Shown here one piece after another: positions 42,001 through 54,764 of a stretch of DNA of 64,000 nucleotides. A program made the position numbers and the translations under genes. The notes under the pieces are model-generated. The model was given only the letters and a program-made list of their open reading frames with translations. It did not search any database and was not told the DNA's origin. This DNA is from Botryllus schlosseri (lineage: Eukaryota). The stretch's first letter is position 1. The number at the start of each line of letters is the position of its first letter. The stretch spans positions 39,930,001 to 39,994,000 of the forward strand of contig CM119371.1 in NCBI GenBank assembly GCA_051294905.1, in the 5' to 3' direction.

Positions 42001-43789
42001 TGGATAGGAAACAGCGGCACTTAATCGGTGTGAGTCGTTTTTTCTAAATACTAATCATATCTGTCCACCCAAGAACAATTTTCACTCACTTGGGTAACGA
42101 AACCAGTGTCCAATATCAATACAAGATATTTTCGTCACACAAAAATAATCAACTTTACTCGATATTCCCGTACTACGAAACTGTACAATGGTTTCATATT
42201 TTTTGTGTGACATGGAATTAATACCGATCGAAGTAACCGTATTGGAAATAACTTTTAAACAAACACACTCTACGTGGTTAACATTCTCGTCGATTCTATT
42301 GTGATTAATGTATACTTCATGTGATCTGGATTCATTTCGATATGGCTAAACATTCAACCTCGACGGATACGAATTGTCACACACTCAAGTAATATCATAC
42401 CAAATAGTTATTTACAAGACACAGAAAATTTGTTTGGGTCGTTTCGATTTTATTACTGGAGATACTCATCACTTCGCTTAATACAATCTAGATTTAAACT
42501 CCATCGAACCTTTGGTGTCTATCGTTTGCTGGATACGAATTATGTTAGTCTAAGAGTACACAATTTTCACTATCTTGGGTTATGAACTCAGTGTGTTAGC
42601 GATCATTCAATATTTTGTAGTATCAACTAGCTACCTCGTAGGATACGAATGATCATCCTCACAACTCTTACAAAAGTACGAAGGATATTTACATCACACA
42701 AAGTAATCGACTTTACTCGATATCCTCACACTACGAAACTGAATGATTGGTTTGACTCTACAAACTGTTCTGATGTCACAAGAACTTTTTCATACGAATG
42801 GTTACGTATCTAAATATTCAAATAATCCAACACACGACTATAGTACTTACAGAAATATCATAGTTCTTGTAACAAAGTTGTATAAGTATAATGTTTATCG
42901 TAAGTCCTACATAGCCATGATATCCGTCCGAGTTTGACTTTTAGAAAACATTATACCGACTTCGCGACATCTTTCAAAATTAAAACCATGGTGACTGCTT
43001 CAGAGACCTACCAATGATATTGTAGTAATACAGTTACTTCCACAAAAGAGTATGTATTCGACTTACTTACCACAAATCTAACGCACAAAACAATTTACTT
43101 TACTAGCGAGAAGCGCCGAGCCTCACATCCAAACAACTAGAAAGTTGAACTATATTAAAAAACGTCGCTAACCTTTGTGCACCAGCTGTAAATCACACAA
43201 GCAACATGTTTCAAGATTCTGGTTATTGAAAAACGTTAAAGTGTTTCTCCTGCACCAAGTCGTTATGTTGACGAAAGCGTATATTGTAATACCATGATCG
43301 ATTTTCATTCGTTGGTCACAAACTGTCACTACTCTAAATAATTATTTTTCACTCAAACACAAAAGCATACTTGTCACCAATCGTTTTCATCAAGCACGAG
43401 TTCAAGAAGCTTACTTACTACGACATGAATTGTTATTTTTATGTTGTGTAAATAGGTAATAATTTATTTTAGTAACACTACATCAACATCATCGAGTTGT
43501 GCGAATAGATTTACATGTGGTTTTAATCGAAGTACACAGCACGAACTAACTGTAGACTCCTCTCTGTTGTACAGCTACTCGGTAATCGAAATGCATTAAC
43601 ATGTAAACAACGATCTTGTTTCGTCACACCAAAAATATGTTCACTGTCGCGATACTCCGCACAAGACGTGCATAGCCTTTTCACACTCGTAATAGTACAC
43701 CAACGTCAAGCGATAACGTTTAACAAGACCAACGACACTGAAGCCAAGCCGTTTACCTATGTAAAATTACCACTTTCACTTGCCAGTCC

Positions 43790-44240
43790 ATCGTTTACCT
43801 GACTAAACATATTATTTTTCTTTGGAGATCTGACGTTTACCCAGAGTAAGAAACCATTTTCACTTGTAAATATTTTTTTCCTCGGCTAACAAACCTTTTT
43901 TTCACTTGGAAATATATTTTTTCTCTGGTTAACAAACCTTTTTTCACTTGGAAATATATTTTTTCTCTGGTTAGCAAACCTTTTTCCCTGAGCAACACGC
44001 CATTTTGACTTGGTGGTCGTCGTTTACCCGAGTAAAAATATCATTTTCTTTTGGAGATCCGGCGTTTACCCAGTGTAACAATACATTTTCACTTGGAAAA
44101 ACACTTTTGCCTAGAGTAACTAATCATTTCTCCTGGGTAACAAACCCTTTTCGTCTGGAAAACTATCATTTGCCTGAGTACCAATACAGTTTTCACTTGG
44201 AAATCTATCTTTCACCTGGGTAACAATACCATTTTCGTTT
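43790..44240 (+). repeat. Degenerate ~40-bp tandem repeat inside the left arm (mirror about 46685-47135)
   Basis: Repeated ttttcacttggaaa...gtaacaaacc motifs; boundaries approximate. Confidence 0.7.
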
Positions 44241-45811
44241 TGAAAACTGACAACCACACCGGTCAATTTGATATTTTTGTATATTGTTACAACGGACAGT
44301 GACAAAAATACACCAACAACGACTCCGATACATTTGTGTAATCGCATATTCACTTGTTCTGGTGCATCCCGTCAAAACCCTCAGTTACCCACATGTAATG
44401 CGCTATACATCGATGTGAATGTTTTGGAAAATTGGACAATAGGCTTCGATAGTTCTGTGATGTCCGGATTCGTGCTTTGGATTTTCCAGAGTCAAAATGT
44501 CTGAATAAAACACCTCCTTGACGATGGTTGGTATGTGGATAACGGTGTTCGGAAAACGGTTGGATTTATGTCACCCATCGCGATAACAACTCCAGGTCGA
44601 ATTTTCCTCCCGCATGTTTACTATATTGTGTCTTTATTGGTCAATGTATGTCTCGACATTCAGTTTGAAATCGGAAACCCTGATAAAGTATGTAACCGGA
44701 TCCGGATATCAACTGTGAATCGATAAACCAATGGACAATATTCAAAGTAAACATGTTACACCCTGTGTTTCCACGAAAAAATACCATCCAGACATACGTC
44801 GCGCTTGTTTTCCCACACCAGTATACGCGCAAATGGAGGTGTGTGACATTGCATGCAATGTGTTGGTATACAAACATCGATCCACAGACATTATCATAGC
44901 CGGTGGTTTTGATGTAGATCGAATGTCACCCGATAACAATACCAATAAGCCACATTGCAATGACTCTGAGTCAATCTGAAGCATGACATACAGACACACA
45001 AACATGGAACCGTAACATGGGTATTCACACGACGGTGAAAGTGAACTGTACAACATATATCAATATTGTGATCACAGTCGAATATGCGAACCATGCACAA
45101 TCATATACCTTAGTTTTTGTTGGATATGTACGAAACCGATAAATCGATACATTTCTTTTCCTTCGATGTCAATAATACAACCGTCATTCTAATGTATCGC
45201 TCGAATGTAATGTTCGTCGGGTGTAAATGCCATGTCAAATAACACCAAAGTGTGCCTTCTGTGTTTTATTATTTCCACTGACGCTTCTTGCCTGTGTCGT
45301 AACACTATGGTGCTGGGACTTGAAAAACGGCAGATTGTGAAACAGATTGACATGACCAACTGAATCGACGTCAATAGCCTTGTGACGATGGCGTTTCAAA
45401 ATGATACCGATCTCTTGTGGCGATGACCGTTTCGAAATGTCGCCGGACGAACTGGACCCTTATGATGATGTGTTTTATGATTGCGTGTGAAATCACGAGG
45501 TAGTGTTCTATTGTGGTGTACGATTGCAGATTCCACAGAAACACACCTTATTGGATCACAGTATCAGTCCGAGATTTTCAGAATCACTGTTCACGATATT
45601 TATCTGGAGTCGTTATGTGGGAGTAGCGACATCCCGTGATTTAGTGAAAGACTGATCGCAATCATTTCGAGCACCGTACTTCGATAGTTCGCATTGGTCA
45701 AACTTCGGTGTCGACAACACGCTGGATATTGACCGATCTGGGTGGTCTGTCTGGAGATAGGGTCATGACTATCTTGTAATGTTACAACGCGATAAAACCA
45801 TCGAATAAATC

Positions 45812-45969
45812 AGTGAACGGTGTCGAAATATCGATGTAATAGCGCGGACTCAGAGTCATTGCATAGTGAACGGTGTCGAAATATCGATGTAATAGCGCGG
45901 ACTCAGAGTCATTGCATAGTGAACGGTGTCGAAATATCGATGTAATAGCGCGGACTCAGAGTCATTGCA
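45812..45969 (+). repeat. Three tandem copies of a 53-bp unit straddling the spacer/right-arm junction
   Basis: agtgaacggtgtcgaaatatcgatgtaatagcgcggactcagagtcattgca(t) starts at 45812, 45865 and 45918. Confidence 0.92.
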
Positions 45970-48900
45970 ATGTGGCTTATTGGTATTGTTATCGGGTGAC
46001 ATTCGATCTACATCAAAACCACCGGCTATGATAATGTCTGTGGATCGATGTTTGTATACCAACACATTGCATGCAATGTCACACACCTCCATTTGCGCGT
46101 ATACTGGTGTGGGAAAACAAGCGCGACGTATGTCTGGATGGTATTTTTTCGTGGAAACACAGGGTGTAACATGTTTACTTTGAATATTGTCCATTGGTTT
46201 ATCGATTCACAGTTGATATCCGGATCCGGTTACATACTTTATCAGGGTTTCCGATTTCAAACTGAATGTCGAGACATACATTGACCAATAAAGACACAAT
46301 ATAGTAAACATGCGGGAGGAAAATTCGACCTGGAGTTGTTATCGCGATGGGTGACATAAATCCAACCGTTTTCCGAACACCGTTATCCACATACCAACCA
46401 TCGTCAAGGAGGTGTTTTATTCAGACATTTTGACTCTGGAAAATCCAAAGCACGAATCCGGACATCACAGAACTATCGAAGCCTATTGTCCAATTTTCCA
46501 AAACATTCACATCGATGTATAGCGCATTACATGTGGGTAACTGAGGGTTTTGACGGGATGCACCAGAACAAGTGAATATGCGATTACACAAATGTATCGG
46601 AGTCGTTGTTGGTGTATTTTTGTCACTGTCCGTTGTAACAATATACAAAAATATCAAATTGACCGGTGTGGTTGTCAGTTTTCAAAACGAAAATGGTATT
46701 GTTACCCAGGTGAAAGATAGATTTCCAAGTGAAAACTGTATTGGTACTCAGGCAAATGATAGTTTTCCAGACGAAAAGGGTTTGTTACCCAGGAGAAATG
46801 ATTAGTTACTCTAGGCAAAAGTGTTTTTCCAAGTGAAAATGTATTGTTACACTGGGTAAACGCCGGATCTCCAAAAGAAAATGATATTTTTACTCGGGTA
46901 AACGACGACCACCAAGTCAAAATGGCGTGTTGCTCAGGGAAAAAGGTTTGCTAACCAGAGAAAAAATATATTTCCAAGTGAAAAAAGGTTTGTTAACCAG
47001 AGAAAAAATATATTTCCAAGTGAAAAAAAGGTTTGTTAGCCGAGGAAAAAAATATTTACAAGTGAAAATGGTTTCTTACTCTGGGTAAACGTCAGATCTC
47101 CAAAGAAAAATAATATGTTTAGTCAGGTAAACGATGGACTGGCAAGTGAAAGTGGTAATTTTACATAGGTAAACGGCTTGGCTTCAGTGTCGTTGGTCTT
47201 GTTAAACGTTATCGCTTGACGTTGGTGTACTATTACGAGTGTGAAAAGGCTATGCACGTCTTGTGCGGAGTATCGCGACAGTGAACATATTTTTGGTGTG
47301 ACGAAACAAGATCGTTGTTTACATGTTAATGCATTTCGATTACCGAGTAGCTGTACAACAGAGAGGAGTCTACAGTTAGTTCGTGCTGTGTACTTCGATT
47401 AAAACCACATGTAAATCTATTCGCACAACTCGATGATGTTGATGTAGTGTTACTAAAATAAATTATTACCTATTTACACAACATAAAAATAACAATTCAT
47501 GTCGTAGTAAGTAAGCTTCTTGAACTCGTGCTTGATGAAAACGATTGGTGACAAGTATGCTTTTGTGTTTGAGTGAAAAATAATTATTTAGAGTAGTGAC
47601 AGTTTGTGACCAACGAATGAAAATCGATCATGGTATTACAATATACGCTTTCGTCAACATAACGACTTGGTGCAGGAGAAACACTTTAACGTTTTTCAAT
47701 AACCAGAATCTTGAAACATGTTGCTTGTGTGATTTACAGCTGGTGCACAAAGGTTAGCGACGTTTTTTAATATAGTTCAACTTTCTAGTTGTTTGGATGT
47801 GAGGCTCGGCGCTTCTCGCTAGTAAAGTAAATTGTTTTGTGCGTTAGATTTGTGGTAAGTAAGTCGAATACATACTCTTTTGTGGAAGTAACTGTATTAC
47901 TACAATATCATTGGTAGGTCTCTGAAGCAGTCACCATGGTTTTAATTTTGAAAGATGTCGCGAAGTCGGTATAATGTTTTCTAAAAGTCAAACTCGGACG
48001 GATATCATGGCTATGTAGGACTTACGATAAACATTATACTTATACAACTTTGTTACAAGAACTATGATATTTCTGTAAGTACTATAGTCGTGTGTTGGAT
48101 TATTTGAATATTTAGATACGTAACCATTCGTATGAAAAAGTTCTTGTGACATCAGAACAGTTTGTAGAGTCAAACCAATCATTCAGTTTCGTAGTGTGAG
48201 GATATCGAGTAAAGTCGATTACTTTGTGTGATGTAAATATCCTTCGTACTTTTGTAAGAGTTGTGAGGATGATCATTCGTATCCTACGAGGTAGCTAGTT
48301 GATACTACAAAATATTGAATGATCGCTAACACACTGAGTTCATAACCCAAGATAGTGAAAATTGTGTACTCTTAGACTAACATAATTCGTATCCAGCAAA
48401 CGATAGACACCAAAGGTTCGATGGAGTTTAAATCTAGATTGTATTAAGCGAAGTGATGAGTATCTCCAGTAATAAAATCGAAACGACCCAAACAAATTTT
48501 CTGTGTCTTGTAAATAACTATTTGGTATGATATTACTTGAGTGTGTGACAATTCGTATCCGTCGAGGTTGAATGTTTAGCCATATCGAAATGAATCCAGA
48601 TCACATGAAGTATACATTAATCACAATAGAATCGACGAGAATGTTAACCACGTAGAGTGTGTTTGTTTAAAAGTTATTTCCAATACGGTTACTTCGATCG
48701 GTATTAATTCCATGTCACACAAAAAATATGAAACCATTGTACAGTTTCGTAGTACGGGAATATCGAGTAAAGTTGATTATTTTTGTGTGACGAAAATATC
48801 TTGTATTGATATTGGACACTGGTTTCGTTACCCAAGTGAGTGAAAATTGTTCTTGGGTGGACAGATATGATTAGTATTTAGAAAAAACGACTCACACCGA

Positions 48901-49146
48901 TTAAGTGCCGCTGTTTCCTATCCAATGACTGAGTGAAATTTCTCAGGGGTTTGATTTACCGAGTTAATTGTCGGCGATTCAATCACATACAAGTAAGGTA
49001 TTTTAGTGACTGATTATTGTGACGACATTTACTTTGACGAATGACAATGGGAAAATTTCCAATTTCTTTGGTCGTGAGCGTTCTACAAATATTTCCGGCA
49101 TACATTTAGCAAGCAACCTACAATATTCTTTTGTTATGGTAATGAC

Positions 49147-49246
49147 NNNNNNNNNNNNNNNNNNNNNNNNNNNNNNNNNNNNNNNNNNNNNNNNNNNNNN
49201 NNNNNNNNNNNNNNNNNNNNNNNNNNNNNNNNNNNNNNNNNNNNNN
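49147..49246. other. Assembly gap (100 N) in the right arm
   Basis: Run of N. The flanks mirror left-arm positions 41779 and 40221, so about 1.56 kb is missing if the arms are symmetric. Confidence 0.97.
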
Positions 49247-51244
49247 ATGGGACTGTGGGAAAGTTGATAGTCATGTTTGTCAATCCTATTTCAATTCACA
49301 CTACGCCAAAGTCAAAATATTTCGTTTCGGATTATCTCAATTTACCTATAGAACATCTCGCGATTGGATTCCGACACCGTACTATAACTAGATCGCTATG
49401 TCTCATGCATTATCGCGTCACCGACGTAGGATTTTACAATTATTTCACACCTTTTTTGAATAAGCGTCAACTTCACAGAGGTTGGGGCAGAAATAAGTGA
49501 AAATTTGTCGGTATTCGAATCACCGTCTACGCCGGCTCTGTTATTCGTTACTTATTAAATTTTACCAGTGAAATCCGGTTCTGTGACAAACTAAGTACCA
49601 AAATAGTATCTTGTGAGTGATTGGGATGTATGTAACAGCAAGTCGCGAAAGATGGTTATGTCCGAGACAATATCTTGTCAGCGATCGCGGGGTTTGCAAC
49701 CTAATTCACACCTTTTTGAAGTGTTAGTTTGTGAACGCGGCTATTGTTGGTATCAGCGTCTACGCCGGTTATGTGACAAACTTATTACCAAAATATTACT
49801 TGTGCGTGATTCCTATCTTTGTAACATCAAACCACGAGAGATGACTATTCTGATGTGCTATCTTGTGAGTGGTCGTAGGAAATATTTCACACCTTTTTGG
49901 AGTGTTAGTATGTGAACGCGGTTATTGTTGGTATTCGAATCGTCGTCTACACCGCTCTGTGGTAAACTAAATAGCAAAACATTACCATGCGACTGATTCG
50001 AAAATCGCGCTATCGCGGTGAAGTCACGACTGTGAACAGCAGACTATTCTGTAGGTGCGAAACAGCGGTATACAAGGTGCGAATAACCCGATCTGAAAGT
50101 CGGCGTGCTATTCAGGTTACGTAGGAATCAATAGGCACAGCGCGAAAAGACTTGAGTTAGAACACGATACAATAGCCGCATGCCACCACCGCCATAAGAA
50201 TAACGTTATATCATTGTCGTACTTACCGTAAACGCTGGGATTAACTCGAATCGGTCATATTTAATAATTTGTAATATACACATTAACTAAGAATCAATCA
50301 CGTGACTATTTACTATTCCTGATACTTCTTCAACACAGCGCAAGAGTTGACTATACCCGAAAGGGCGATTCACGGCCGCACCCATAAGACGCAATAGCCG
50401 CTTGCCACCACCGCCATAAGACAAAAGAGCCGCATGCCACCACCGCCATAAGACAAAAGAACCGCATGCCACCCCGGATTTCCCAGCCGCTTGCGACCCC
50501 CGCCATAAGAAATAAGAGCCGCTTGCCACCGCACCCATAAGACGCAATAGCCGCATGCGACCGCACCCATAAGAAATAAGAGCCGCATGCCACCACGAGT
50601 TTCCCAGCCGCATGCGACCGCACCCATAAGCCACAATGGCGAATCGCGAGCGATCTATACTACTACTAACGCATGCGATAAGACTTTGTTTGGTGAGGAT
50701 TGCCTATAATTGAAAGCTAATATTCCCAGAAATGATGGTGAATTGTCGCGCAAGGAAACCAATTATTGTGGCAATCACCCATATTTTTCTCTGCAAACGA
50801 GAATACAAGGTTGGGCTAATTATTGTCGTATTCAGATAAGTAGTAGTCGTGATAAGTATTGTTAATCGATTTCGAAGATTACAGCATTTGAAAGTAATGG
50901 TAATCGCAATCGATTTTATTCAATAAATCATAATCGTGCTGATAGTAACCGATTATTTCACATATCTAATCGATTTCTTTGCGAGATAGCGTTCACTTTT
51001 ATTTGTAGAAGGACTATGACAGAACCTGAACATTCGTGAACAAGGAACAGTGCGGTATTATACCTCGTTGCTGATTGCAGAACCGTCGTATTTCCAGACG
51101 CCACTGGTCAGTCACGAGTATTACCTTTGCTTAAAACCGCGTAGCGAATCATCCACACAGTAAATATATATTCGATGTACTTTGTACTTGTACATTTGGG
51201 CTCTTCAAAAAATCACTTGTTCTCAAATCGTACTGGCTACTTGA

Positions 51245-51666
51245 TAGGCTTACCATACGTCCTCTTTTAAGAGGATTTGTCCTCTTTTTTGACTTTTTTG
51301 AAAGTGTCCTCGGAGGACGCCCTTTTGACCTCTTTTTTGAGATTTTGTCCTCTTTTTTGAAAATTTAGGTCTGTTATGCTGCAAATTAGCACTGAAGTGA
51401 CGGTCCGGCGGATATTTCGGAGTAAAAAACGATGAATTTACCTCTGAGCGAAAAGATGACCTTTTTTTTAGTCATTCACCTGGTAATGTAGATAAAAAAA
51501 AACGGTATTTTGAGATCTGAGCGGAAGTGATGACCTTTTTTTTTTAGTCAGCCGATCACAAAGTGGGAAAAATTCACCGATTTTTGAGAATTCTACTCCG
51601 GTTTTGCATCATGTAAATTTCTGAAAAAGTGTCCTCTTTTTGCATTTTCAAAATATGGTAAGCCTA
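51245..51666. mobile_element. hAT MITE
   Basis: TIR TAGGCTTACCATA; TSD CTACTTGA; interrupts a 6050-family MITE fragment. Confidence 0.9.
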
Positions 51667-53252
51667 CTACTTGATAAATTTGACAAAGGTAAAATTATTC
51701 TCGTATATTATTATGCTACGGTTTTAGGGTATTCAGGTGTCGCTAAACCGAGAAATGGCATAAATTTTTTTCCGAATAGACTTTATTTTTTGAAATATTC
51801 CGTATTTTTGTTTCTAATAGTGCTAATTATACGCAAATTCCCTTTATGTACTACAACTTCGATGAGTCTACATCTGACTTTTCAAGTCTGTACATCAAGA
51901 AGTATGCTGATGCGATATCTATAAAGACGCAATTGTTAACACAGATAGCCTTCTATAGCGAATCCTCTTTCATGTGAGAATCAAGCAAAAGTTTTAAAAA
52001 TAAGGTGATATTAGCATGACAACAGATTTTTGCAATGTAAAACAGGTGACGTCAAGGAATAGATATTAATTTTAGTAAGGCTCAACGCTCACTTTCACAA
52101 ATTATTTAATGAAACCAAGTTTTATGTGCAGCGGTGGAATGATGACCCCGGCAACAAAAGTTCCAATCATGATGTTAGCTTCACCTACTGCCATGGAATC
52201 TCTAGTTGGCCACTCTTTCTTTACCCAGTGATCAGTGCACGCTCAGCTATCCCACAAGCAGATAAAACATAGCTATTTTGATAGGTGTCCAATTGGGAGA
52301 GATGTATATTTCAGTTCAAACTGTTTTTCAAACTGTCCATGAATAAGCGCCACTCTTGAGGTCTAAATTGTGGCACTCCCATTTTCAGCAGAAGCCCTTC
52401 GAGGCCGGGGCAGTCAGTGTTCATTTTGTTAGCTAAAATTAGAAAGTAATTATTTTTCTCTTGTAAGGCAGAATGTTATTCAAGCTCCGGTTCCAAGGCA
52501 GTTTTTGTCTTTGAGTCGAGTAAACTTCTTCAAAGTGAGGCGCAGATCACCGAGCAGGTTAAAAATCTGCATAATTCCAAGTATTATGCTTACGACGAGT
52601 AAATTAAAAAAAATTAAATAGGAGTATCGAAATCTTGAGCCAATTCAAAGAAACGGATGTCGTTTTCGGACTCAGCAGACCAAACATACCCAGAAACCAA
52701 TAAAATATTTCTCGCACTGATAAAGATTATTTGTAGTTGTCCAGTGTTATCGTTAACATAACACAAAAATCATCTGGGTTAACGATTCCATTCCGATTCC
52801 ACACCGAAACCATCAGGGTTATGTCATTGAAAGCCGTCGGAATGGAATTAGGGTTACGGTAAGGATTTGGGTTAATGGTTACATTAAGGGTTAGTTTGGG
52901 GTTATATGAAGTCCCATGCCGCAACTCCCCGTGCTAAGGTTTCTATTACTAAACATCTCGTTTTGTTTTTACGGCATGCATAAGTATCGGGCAACCGGTA
53001 CTTCAATGAATAGCATGTACATTATTCTAATTTCATCCAGCCTACGTATGGGTTTTCCCTGCGCATAATTATTGTATCAACAATAACATGCTATCGTGCT
53101 AATACCCAAAACAGTGATTAAATTATCATGAATAGCAGATCTTAAAATATTTTGAAACATATATTGCTCGTCATTGATAAAGTAGCCTACTTTGAAGGTC
53201 ACCATGCTCGTGAGTTGGGACATCGTATTAAAAGAAAAAACATTACACTCAC

Positions 53253-53387
53253 TCTGACTCGACGGACTTGTTTCTCTTTCAGCACTAGTGGTGTTGTGGA
53301 CATTGTTCAGATCCCCGGCCACGATGTTAATAGAGCAATTTTCGAACTTTTGATTGACATTTTCACCTTCAGCCAAAGCTGCAGATC
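53253..53387 (-). CDS. Probable N-terminal NLR exon with RHIM-like motif (135 nt, phase 1-1)
   Basis: Acceptor gtgtgtctcag and donor gtgagt. Encodes SAALAEGENVNQKFENCSINIVAGDLNNVHNTTSAERETSPSSQ. Phase 1 matches the NACHT exon acceptor; the linkage is inferred. Confidence 0.6.
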
Positions 53388-54168
53388 CTGAGACACACGT
53401 TATTAAAATAATTTTATTGGTAATTGCCACTATTTAATATGGGTAATATTATCCGAGTTAACTGCGCTCCAATACATCAGGCATCAATTGCCGCTTGTTC
53501 CCCGTGGTAATAATGTAGACATAACATCAGCGACACCAGAATTGTGATCTCGGACCTCTTCTGCCATGCTATTGATCACGTGGTACTAATTAGATAGGGT
53601 ATACCAAAATACTGAAAATACTTAAAATTTCATTCAACGGTGCATCTTTTCTGAGCAACAGGGCGAGACTATCAGTCCTCAGCACATAGCTATGGTAGAT
53701 CTGATAGATATGTTCGAGCAATATGACCTGGCAACAGTCACATGTCCACAAATAAGTAATACCCTATATCAGTGCTTTTCAACCTGTGTAACGGTTCGCA
53801 CTGGTGCGAATGAAAAAAATTTCAGTGCGAATGACGAAGGTGGTGCGAATAGTGCGAATGAAAATCCGGATCAAGTGCGAATGAAAATCGTGAATAATTG
53901 TTAATTTTTCCTGACATAGAATAATTCAAATAAACCTAAATGGTAAATTAAGGTCAGTGTAACTTTTGTAGTGGCGACGCAATTGTGAAAACTCGTTCTA
54001 CTGATGACGCACCACTTATCGTAGTTCTCAGAAGCCGTAGTGAATTAATATATTCGCACATTGACTATTACGTAACCAAAAGCCTGGTTTGTCAACTGGT
54101 GTTTGTTAGTTTGTTTTGGGGTATTCATGGTGTTTTTCGACTACTAAGGTCATTTACACCAGGCCGAT

Positions 54169-54364
54169 ATTCTTCTTATTTTCCGTAACTGCCGACTTAT
54201 AGCACAGCCCACCTCTAGGCTTTTGTAAGACACCACTGACGCGGATGAGGTGGCGGGGAGGAGCCTAGGTAAACCTCCAACACTTAGGCATCGGAATTCG
54301 GACTCGGACCCGCACCCATTGGTGTTGCAGCCGCGGATTATACCACTGCGCTATCTCGCCACCC
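54169..54364 (-). mobile_element. tRNA-derived SINE
   Basis: Minus strand begins GGGTGGCGAGATAGCGCAGTGG (A-box) ... GGTCCGAGTCC (B-box-like) and ends in an A-rich tail. The 3' part recurs at about 28340-28412. Confidence 0.65.
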
Positions 54365-54477
54365 TTGGAAGCTGGTGTAGTTCAGACATACAGTATATCA
54401 GCCCGTCAGAGCCTACGACAAATTGACTTTCTGCTTTTATTCGCTAAACAATAATCATATTTTCGTAATAACTGTTC

Positions 54478-54764
54478 ATATTGAAATGAACCCGAATATT
54501 TTCGTCTGACACTCGTCAGGGGTAATCGTCAGCAACTAGTAGAGAATTGGAAAGAACATTGTATATCAACAATCGTATCACAAAAATATGACGTCACCAG
54601 CATGAAATGTGATACGATTGTTGATATACAATGTTCTTTCCAATTCTCTACTAGTTGCTGACGATTACCCCTGACGAGTGTCAGCCGAAAATATTCGGGT
54701 TCATTTCAATATGACTATACTATTTAATTGTATATTGAAGTTCTGTACCTCCAAGAAGCTCTTC
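54478..54764. mobile_element. Short inverted Penelope insertion nested in a hAT element
   Basis: Two opposed 3' tails; TSD TAATAACTGTTC (54466-54477, 54765-54776). Confidence 0.88.

Larger units (their letters stand above)
38769..50667. mobile_element. Non-autonomous Polinton/Maverick-type element forming a giant inverted repeat
   Basis: Termini AGTAGTAGTATAG...CTATACTACTACT with a direct 6-bp TSD AACGCA (38763-38768, 50668-50673). Arms 38769-44972 and 45953-50667 are near-identical reverse complements; the ORF track is mirrored. No pPolB, integrase, ATPase or capsid ORF seen. Confidence 0.82.

Noticed and set aside
45812..45969. CRISPR-like array
   Set aside because: Head-to-tail identical units with no unique spacers, no cas genes, and a eukaryotic context.
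44005..46920. Mirrored short ORFs in the palindrome, including a signal-anchor-like MNMRLHKCIGVVVGVFLSL
   Set aside because: Short, overlapping on both strands and without any recognisable Polinton motif; the duplication only reflects the inverted repeat.
53537..53567. Candidate NLR start exon MAEEVRDHNS(G)
   Set aside because: Phase fits the next exon but the donor (gtgtcg) is weak; not supportable without transcripts.
54290..54364. Possible tRNA gene
   Set aside because: A- and B-box-like motifs are present but there is no convincing cloverleaf, and it continues into a repeat body and tail, so it is called a SINE.
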